DNA of 61,759 nucleotides, counting the filler, from Choristocarpus tenellus KU-1152 (taxonomy: Eukaryota > Protista > Phaeophyceae): assembly GCA_964200185.2 (NCBI GenBank). It is 7 parts of 7 records of this genome, joined end to end, with 100 filler letters (N's around TTAATTAATTAA, not from the genome) between each part and the next. Parts side by side here need not be neighbours in the genome. Positions count along the whole stretch, not along the records: positions 53,282 to 58,381 come from CAXNAD020011875.1; positions 58,482 to 61,759 come from CAXNAD020021081.1; 5 more parts are not named here. One strand, 5' to 3'. A program made the position numbers and the translations under genes. The notes beneath the pieces are model-generated. The model did not search any database. It was not told where the DNA came from and was given only the letters and a program-made list of their open reading frames with translations. This document shows positions 53,182 to 61,759 of the stretch, piece by piece (within the stretch, counting starts at the first letter, position 1; each line of letters begins with the position of its first letter).

Positions 53182-53344
53182 NNNNNNNNNNNNNNNNNNN
53201 NNNNNNNNNNNNNNNNNNNNNNNNNTTAATTAATTAANNNNNNNNNNNNNNNNNNNNNNNNNNNNNNNNNNNNNNNNNNNNGGATGTTGTATCTGTCAAT
53301 ATGGGGGCGAGGAATAGGTATAGGATCATTATAGCAGGGGTCTC

Positions 53345-53573
53345 ATGACAGAGGGCCCCATTATCAACCTTGCTTCTGCTGTATACATTTTAGACCTAAA
53401 ATGACACGGGTCCCATTATCCACCTTGCTTCTGCTGTATACGTTTTAGACCTAAAATCACACAGGCCCCAATATCCACCTTGCTTCTGCTATACAAATTT
53501 TATACTAAAACTACACAGGCCCCAATATCCACCTTGCTTTTGGTATACAAGTTTTAGGACTAAAATGACACAG
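53345..53573. repeat. ~55-bp tandem repeat, 4 copies
   Basis: ATGACAC-GGCCCCAATATCCACCTTGCTTCTGCTGTATAC-TTTTAGACCTAAA units at 53345, 53401, 53456, 53510. Confidence 0.9.
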
Positions 53574-53848
53574 CTTTAGTCATTCCCATCCACTACTCTT
53601 CTTCTTGTATGTCCAGCCTTGCCTACAAAAGAGGTACACCTTATCACCGTTCGATGAAATGAGGTACACCTTTGATCAGTCAAGTGGTAAAAACAGTTCT
53701 TTCAAAAAATACAGCGGAAGTAGGAATCACTCTTAAAATTCAAATTATCATTAAAAAAAAGTAATCTTGATGTCAGGACTGACCTGGTAGCATACCTACT
53801 GCATCTATACGCCAATGTAGTATTGCGTTGAATGTGATCAGTGGAAAC

Positions 53849-54143
53849 AACCCTAACCCTAACCCTAACCCCAATCCATTCTCGGAGGACGTCAATGCGA
53901 TCCTTGTTTCACCTTCCAATTCCTAATGCTTGGTCTAATACTTGCTGATAAATTGTACAACTATTACTACACAAGAAATGTTGCTACTACAAAATGTCAT
54001 CTGTGGACAATATCAAAAGAGTCCCAACTGATAACGAACATGTTTGCACCCTTCGTAGGAGTCTTTATTCAAGTATATTGTCTGCATAACCCTAACCCTA
54101 AGTATATTGTCTGCATAACCCTAACCCTAAGTATATTGTCTGC
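53849..54143. repeat. Interstitial telomere-like (CCCTAA)n and a 29-bp tandem unit containing it
   Basis: (AACCCT)3-4 at 53849-53871; AAGTATATTGTCTGCATAACCCTAACCCT x2.5 at 54071-54144. Other TTAGGG runs at 51257-51283, 56765-56813, 59790-59813. Confidence 0.8.
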
Positions 54144-54614
54144 ACCGCAGTGTATGAAAAATTACTTTAAAAAACAGTTATCTAGAAATCGTGTTTTTAT
54201 TTTTATTGCTTGTATATACTCAGATGATATCTATCAACGCAGAGCTCTACTATAAAAAAATAGAAATCTGTAAACACAAAAAAAAGAGTGCACAAAAAAA
54301 AAGAATCTTCACAACTGTAACTGTATTATACTACTGCTCGTTTCCAAAAATAACAATAGAATAATAAACCCAATCACACTCAAAAGAAGAAAAGGAATCC
54401 TACCTATAAATTTAAATTTAGAAAATAGAGCTTGTTTACTGCAGAGAAATTTTGTTAATGAACACATTTGGAAGACAATGTTGGACTAAATCAAATCAAA
54501 TCAAATCCCCCCAGAAAAAAAACAAAATGCACACACAGAAAATATCGATGTGTCAGTGCAAGCCCTCTTCCTTCCCCTCTTCAGGACCCTCAGCTCCCCC
54601 CCCCCCTGAATTAC

Positions 54615-57180
54615 CTTGAAACACCTGCTTGCTGTCCACCAGCCTCACCACTTCTATGTGCAACTCCTCCCCCCAGCCCTCCCTCTAAGCCAGCCCCATA
54701 TCTCAGAATGGCTCTTGCGGTTGCAGCATTACGTAGATCAGTGTTCACCACCTTGGAAAGGCGGCTGGTGGAAAATTCCTGGAAAATTACGTCGATCAGA
54801 TCCCGAGGGTGTTCAGGTTCAGGTTGAAATGAGTCTGGAGGTTAGGGTTAGGGAGAACAAGGGAGAACTCAGGTACAATAGCCAACACTCTGCTCCGGGA
54901 ATGCTCAACATCATGGCATGGCATTCTCAGTCTTCTACCCCTACCCCTTCTAATTTACTATATACTATTTACTATATAATATACTATATACTATATACTT
55001 TTGTGACAAAAGGTCATGAAGGCGTCACTCAATCCCTGAAGGATTGAGGAACTATATGGGATATTAATAAAATAGTATCTATAAATAGTAATATTATATT
55101 AGGGTTAGTGTTTTTATGAACCTACATCTCAATTGCTGACTGTTAACAGTGTTGTGAACCACAAGAGTTAAATTTTCTTGAGAGTAAGTTATATTGACTC
55201 AAAGATTTTTATTATTATCGATTTCTATTCGAATCGTCTAGTAGTACAATAATATAGTAGTATAGAGGTATAGTAGTATAGTAGTACAATAATATAGTAG
55301 TATAGTAGTATAGTAGTACAATAATATAGTAGTACAGTAGTACAGTAGTATAGTGTATAGTACACCAATGGAGGTACACAAATGACGGAGGCGTGTGAGT
55401 ACAGGATGCAACACCCACTTACGCAAAAGATACCCAATCAAAAATTACACCTCAATATTCAGTTTGATCAATCGTGATAGAATCGAATCTAAGATTCACA
55501 AAATTACTTCTGTATCACTATTACTCCTATCAATACCATCTTGACTTGTGATTCCTATAATGAATAATACTATTAATAGTATAGTAGTACACCAATGGAG
55601 GTACACAAATGACGGAGGCGTGTGAGTACAAGATGCAACACCCACCTACGCAAAAGATACCCAATCAAAAATTACACCTCAATATTCAGTTTGATCAATC
55701 GTGATAGAATCGAATCTAATATTCACAAAACTACTTCTGTTACACTATTACTCCTATCAATACCATCTTGACTACTGCTACACTAGAACACTCATAACAT
55801 TTCCAGGGGATTGAAAGGTATATAAAATTCCTTTCAATTACCAATGATGCGAATCGAGGACTAAGGTAGGGTTAGAGCAAAGCCTACAGAGGGATAGAAC
55901 CCAAACTGTCAATCTTGTCTAATACTGTGACCTTGAGATAGAGTAAGGTCTGGAGTCAGGAGTTCACAAGGCATTCCACTTTGAAGGTCTACCAGCGTAC
56001 ACCCCTCAAACCTCTCACCATGAGTCCTCAAAATATGAACACATATATAAAAACATGTATGTATGCATAGTTAGGTTACAAAGAGGGGCTGTTGGAGTTA
56101 GCATTAGGGTTAGGGTTAAAGGTGGGGAAATTTAGTATCATATAATAATATCATAGTATCATAGCAATGGAAAAGATACAGTGATTGAACACAGCCGATT
56201 AAAAAAAAACAAGGTTAAAAAAAAACAAGATTCATCTGTGACTACACTACGGCAGCACCATCGATGCACAGCTTTATATACCCCACTACAGTTTTCCCAA
56301 CAACAAATGTACTATAAATACAGAGAGACCTATAAACACACTTACAGAGTGCACTAACTGCAAACTAGCACAGAGGCTACATTTAGGGCTAGGGTTAGGT
56401 TTTGCACCTGCATGTGAAGAGGTACTCCACTGATGTCAGTCAATGTTCGAATAGCAAAAGCATGTATGTCCACCAGGTATCCATTACCAATGCCCCAAGA
56501 TAGGTCAAGGTCACCCACACTGCAATCAAAAAATGGCCTTAGGGATTGGCCATCTGCCCTGCGGATGCAGATCCAGAGCATAGACATCAACTTCAGGTTG
56601 AACAGTAAGGGTTAGGGCTATGGGACAGTAGGGACACAATACACGCTGTCCAAGGGGGGAGGCTACTCGAGTTTTTTTAGAGTTTCTGATACAAGGGTTG
56701 GGGTTGATTGAGGCTGGAGTTCTGGGTATAATGGTTATAGGTACGTCGAAGAATGATAACATTGGTGTTTGGGTTGGGATTAGGGTTGGGGTTAGGGTTG
56801 GGGTTAGGGTTAGTTTACAAGGTCTGGGGCAAAGAGCTTTGTTTGTGATTGCAACTATAGCAAGTGGTCTACATAAAAGTAGGGTTGGGTTACACTACTA
56901 AGACAAAGGATCGGTTCATACTACATACATATATTGAGGGGAAAAAATTAAATCAGGGGGAAAAAAATAAAAAAAATGTCAGAGGTTGCGAAAAATATAT
57001 ACAAATGTATAATGAGCGTAATGATGTGCAATAATACACACTTCCACCCTCTCGCCTGCATGGAGTAGCCGTGAAGCCAGCAAGCAGCCTCCCGTCCTCT
57101 GTGAGACCCCTACAACAACTACCTACTCCAAAGTGGTTGAGAATGCTATCGTACATCCCTCTGGCCTTGAGGTGATGGGC
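54615..57180 (-). CDS. Irc3-like SF2 DExH helicase (type III restriction Res-subunit family), three internal exons
   Basis: Exons 57180-57056 (GC donor), 56558-56408, 54778-54615: (DE)AHHLKARGMYDSILNHF...LLAGFTATPCR|ADGQSLRPFFD...IGNGYL...IRTLTDISGV...EFSTSRLSKVVNTDLRN. This covers the end of motif II, motif III (TAT) and the Irc3-type VNT..RN segment. Confidence 0.8.
55358..55773. repeat. ~190-bp direct duplication (55358-55545, 55585-55773) preceded by a TAG/TAT microsatellite
   Basis: Near-identical copies starting TAGTACACCAATGGAGGTACAC and ending AATACCATCTTGACT. Confidence 0.92.
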
Positions 57181-60100
57181 CTGGGCAGTGAGTGAGTACA
57201 AGGGATTGAATAGTAGAGACAGAAGGATGAACAAGATTATTAGGTTGCATGGGGTCAGCATACATCACAAGATCAGTTTTCCTACACAGAGGGCGATTGT
57301 AGATCTAGACGCCTCCACCGTTTGATCACAGATAAGACAAAAAAGAGAATCGAAATGGACACAATCATCTGGTCTTTCTTGTCTTAGTCAATTCTAAATC
57401 AAGTAGTTTATACTCTCTACATCTAGGCAGAACAATAAAAATAGATCCTCAACTACATAGTACAAAGTACATAGTACTATGCTATGCAATGCAAAAGAAA
57501 AAAATGAAATACAAGCAAATCAGTTGTTTTTAAAGGATTTGGGGGGTGGGGGGNNNNNNNNNNAAAAAAAAAGAAAAAAAAAAAAAAGTAAAACAAATAA
57601 TTTTGTTTTTTGAGAGTGGGGGGGGGGGGGGGGGGGGGGCATTCGAAGTCAAGCCCCTGTATCTTGTCTAGATAGCTCCGGAGCTTCCCACTGCGCCATC
57701 TCTGAGGTATACCCTCCAAGGGACAAAAAAAGTTACCCCTTGACATTTTCCAATTTGGTAGACAGCGCTCAAAACCAGGCACTTAAAAAAAAAGTAAAGG
57801 TGGCACAAGTGGAAAGGGTAGAGTCACCACTACAACATGATAAAAATAAAAAAGAGATGGTGAATCCAGTCAAGTTTGAAAATAAACTGCAAGCACATAT
57901 TAGACACACAAGAAGAGGGCATATCCCACATACTTTCCATGTCCAAGTCAGACAAAAGGGCGGACTATCTTGATAGGTTCAATACTGTACTACTGCTGCA
58001 CCAATAAAATTTACCAAATAATCGAAAAAGAAGAAAAGAGATGAGGTAAATTTTAAATCAAATAAATCAATAGCTGGGAAAAGTATTTTTTAAAAGATAA
58101 AAGAAAAGTTAGAAATAAAAAAGAACTGTGACAAGTGTGGTTGATGATATTTACCACTTCCTCTAAGGACAAACACCTCAAGTCACACACACACACTTAG
58201 GGGAAAAAAAAAAGTTAATAAGGGTACCGCAACTGATGTATTCAAACGTTACACTAGTATAAAGAAAATGTGCACTCATTTGCCCACACTCACTCCCCCA
58301 CCCCCCCCCCCCCCCCCCCCCCCAAAAACCACAAAAAACCCAACAACACAACCCACAAAACCCACTAATAAAAAAAAAAAANNNNNNNNNNNNNNNNNNN
58401 NNNNNNNNNNNNNNNNNNNNNNNNNTTAATTAATTAANNNNNNNNNNNNNNNNNNNNNNNNNNNNNNNNNNNNNNNNNNNNCCCCCCTCCTCAACTCTTC
58501 GCCTTCCCCCCTTTCCTGCAGCCCCCACAGCAGCCAGAGGGACAAAGAGGAAGAGAATCGGCAGAAGGCTTTGTGGGATCTGCCATAGTTGGAGTTAAAA
58601 GAATTTTGCGTCAAGTTGCCAACCGAAATTCAATCGACACAGAGGTGACAAACTAACGAATATCGTAGGAAGGACAAGTCTTTATTTTTTCTTCAAAAAT
58701 AAATAATAATCACGCCATCAAATTGTATGCGGCATTAGGAATGTGAAAAGTAGAGGTTGATTTGGTGAGAGAGTGGTGGTGGTTATAATCAAAGCCTACT
58801 GGTTAGTGGGGTTGAGGTCATTTTTTTCCTTGTGTGTAGATATACACAATTCTATTCTTGATCCTCCATGCTGAGTACTTACATGGTATATTAATCTTGG
58901 TGTTTGGCTAATACCCCTGATTGGGGGGGGGGGGTTCACGCCAGTTGGCTTCTGTTTGTTTTGTAGTATTTGCTTGGAGGTTTGGATGTTATTGGTATGA
59001 ATTGCGACATGACCTTGATGGAACATGCAGAGAGTTCCAGATAACTTTGAAGACTCTGACGTGGGGATCCTGTCACAAGGTGCAATGATCTTGCTGTGTC
59101 AACATCATCAACACTGGGACGTGATTTCTTGAAATGTACGAAATATTTATATTTATGTCTATATATGTATATATTGTGTGTGTATATTTATGTCCAGGTG
59201 CTTCCAGTGTTGCTGTCAAGAGAGTACTCTGGCACCTTGGATGTTAGATGTTGGGTAACACTAATTCACCCTAACGCTACCTACCGTCCTCTTTTAATAT
59301 TATTTTTATCACAATAGCTTGTGAAGGATTCCAGACCTCTGGTCAAAAGGTGACAGAGAGGTGGGAGAGACAAATAAATACTCTCAAGATCTCACCGCCT
59401 TACACCCTCAAACTCAGAAAGTCTGAAGTTAATTCTTGGTTGGTGTGCTCATCATTCTTGGTATTGTTGTCATTTGTGTTTTGGAGTCCCAGACCCGTGG
59501 TAAAAGTAGGATTGTATCGACAGTAGTGACAGTGGTGACAGTGGTGACAGTCGTGAGAGTAGTGACACTAGTGACACTAGTGAGAGAGAGGAAACAAAGC
59601 AAGGGAGTGGATTCTCTTGACACTACCGTGTATGTTGCTATGACACAAGTGGAAGAGACATGTGTGTTATTAGTTGTTTTTTGTGTATGTAAAGGATCGA
59701 TCTCAGGCTGGTTTGACTTTAGCCACCCCAGTCGTTCATGTACCATGGGGTTTTTTTGCATTGGTCGGTTTTGTTACAACCTCATGGTACCCTAACCCTA
59801 ACCCTAACCCTAATATGTGTTCACACATGCGTTGACCTGACAGAGGAAGAAGAATCTAGCCAAGTGTCCCGACAGTGGTGTTGTTGCAAGAGTGTACTGT
59901 TGGCGATGATTGCTTTAGTAGTAGTTGTACAACAGTAGATTGTTAGCATCGGGTTTTTTCTCTACTGTATGGGTATGTAATAATTTGTAGTGATGATAAT
60001 AATAATAATAATAATAATATTGGGTATGTAATCATTTGTAGCGATGATAATAATGTTAGGGTGTTGAGATTGATGGGACCAGTGGGGAGAAGTTTGTTCG

Positions 60101-60746
60101 CATGCTAATTTTTTATTTCTATTTTTCTTACTATGTTGTCGGTGGAACGTTGTCGCACTATACAGCGTCCAATGAGAGTGTAGGACATGTGCTGTTCTCC
60201 TATTGGTGGAATATTGCTACTCTTGGGTTTTCAAGTTTTGAAGCGGGCATTTTCCCCTTTGTCGGATAAGAGTGGCGTGTAGACATGACGGTTAGATGTT
60301 AACAGGAGGGTTGCATGGTGAATAGATTGCTATCATCTTATGACCATGGTAAGAGAAACCATTAGCGGTGTGATGTGCTTACCTTATACCACCATACTAT
60401 CATAAACACATCTCATATCGATTTTCCAGCCTGATGCTTCCATACGTCCTCAACAGCGACCTCCGATGTCTCCGGAAAATCAATAGCCTGCCTCATTTTG
60501 GAAACCCTTCTGTGTCCCTGATGTATACCTACTTATTGCACGTAGGGGGTTGACTAAAAGCATTTATTGATGTAAATGGACTTGTGCGATTGTTCCCAGA
60601 TGCTGCTCATTCTTCTTACTGTTCTCAAAAAAAAATAACGTATCTCCTTTTTGATTTTCAAAAAAATATATGTAGTCTCATTTCATCCTGAATTTGATTC
60701 AAGGCCTCTTCTAAGTCACACATTGAGAGTTGTTCGATCTGTGCAG

Positions 60747-60902
60747 GTGGCTGTGATTGGGGCTGGTGTTGCAGGTCTGGTGTGTGCAAGAATCTTAAGT
60801 AATGCAGGTGTTCCAGTGAAGGTTTTGGAGTGTTCTGATGGGGTGGGGGGACGAGTGCGCACCGATGAGGTGGATGGTTTCCTCCTCGACAGGGGTTTCC
60901 AG
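60747..60902 (+). CDS. FAD-dependent oxidoreductase (amine oxidase / phytoene desaturase-like family), one exon
   Basis: [52 protein letters not shown]: GxGxxG Rossmann motif plus GGR motif. Acceptor TGCAG, donor CAG|GCAAGG. Confidence 0.88.
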
Positions 60903-61759
60903 GCAAGGGGAGGAGGGGGGCACTATTGACTCATGGTTGAGGAGGGTTCCTCTATTATAGGGGTTGCAAGCAATACTATCTTAGAGGTTTTGGTTTTGAA
61001 TATTTTTGGGGTTTTTTTATGAAATAACCTTATTTTTGTGGAATGTTCCTGAAATGGAGTCCATTCCCTTGTTGTTTTGAAGGTGAAGGTGTAGAAGAAG
61101 ATGTTAACTGTCAACTCATTTGATTTTTGAAAATCACCATTACTTACTGTACAGTCCCAATATTCCCAAACCACAAGGTGGTGGTAGGGAGGCCAGGGTT
61201 AGGACTCTTTGAGACACGCCTCTCTTGCGTGGTACAGTGTTGGTACTGTTTACTTTGTTATACACTTCAGAAGTGGTAGGCATGCTGAGAGGTCAATGTC
61301 CAGGCTATGGTATAGTGTTGAGAAAGGTAGGGTTGGTGTTAGGTGGTAGTATGGTATCAACAAATTTGGTGTACACACAAGGTGGTGTGCAGGTGGTGTT
61401 GACAATACCAAGGATTTTATTATTATTATTTATTGTGTGTGTGTGTGTGTGAAATAGTACACTTCCAAGCTCTTGGTGATGAAATACATTTCTGGCAGGA
61501 GGGAGGTTTGTTCCTAGAAATGAATAAATGACGTAATGTCAGACGTTAGTACACAATCAAAGACAAAGGTACTAAATGGAAAGACAAGGAAAGGGAGGGG
61601 GGGCTGGGGATAAGGAGAACTTCTTGAGGACGTTTGTTTCTTGTCCAGTTGACCTGTTTGTGGTCCTTGTGGACTAGACTTGTGTGGCAATACATAAATA
61701 CACTATGGTGTGGTGGAAACTACAAACGTGCAGTTTCGTGGTTCTTTTTTTCGGGTGGG

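Noticed and set aside
57640-58586. Candidate upstream exons of the helicase (GIPQRWRSGKLR...; MADPTKPSADSLPLCPSGCC...)
   Set aside because: No helicase motifs, unclear splice sites, and the second lies across an artificial linker.

Overview
Intron-rich eukaryotic nuclear DNA, not prokaryotic. It is most likely from a flagellated stramenopile or similar protist (inferred from CFAP57, the SbcC-like and Irc3-like genes, and TTAGGG repeats). The window is a concatenation of seven contigs joined by 100-nt artificial linkers (N-run TTAATTAATTAA N-run), so adjacency across linkers is unproven. Almost all entries in the ORF track are spurious; the real genes emerge only after splicing. By phase-matching exons by hand I recovered nine gene models: a Trp-depleted GH128 beta-1,3-glucanase-like gene (-), a frameshifted SbcC/Rad50-like C-terminal half (-), a 3-exon HAD hydrolase (-) divergent from a RING-finger gene (+), a 7-exon secreted cystatin-fold-like protein (+), the 5' part of CFAP57/WDR65 (+), sulfotransferase exons (+), Irc3-like helicase exons (-) and a FAD-dependent oxidoreductase exon (+). 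Non-coding DNA is dominated by three MITE families that share GAGTCAAA-type termini (4-bp TSDs, one nested insertion, Sola-like), plus decayed LINE/LTR relics and minisatellites. The most notable observations are: about 4 of 36 splice donors are GC; one MITE family sits repeatedly 8-22 nt downstream of 5' splice sites in the same orientation; and the first contig contains only decaying intron-containing genes. I see no firm evidence for a wholly new multi-gene system.
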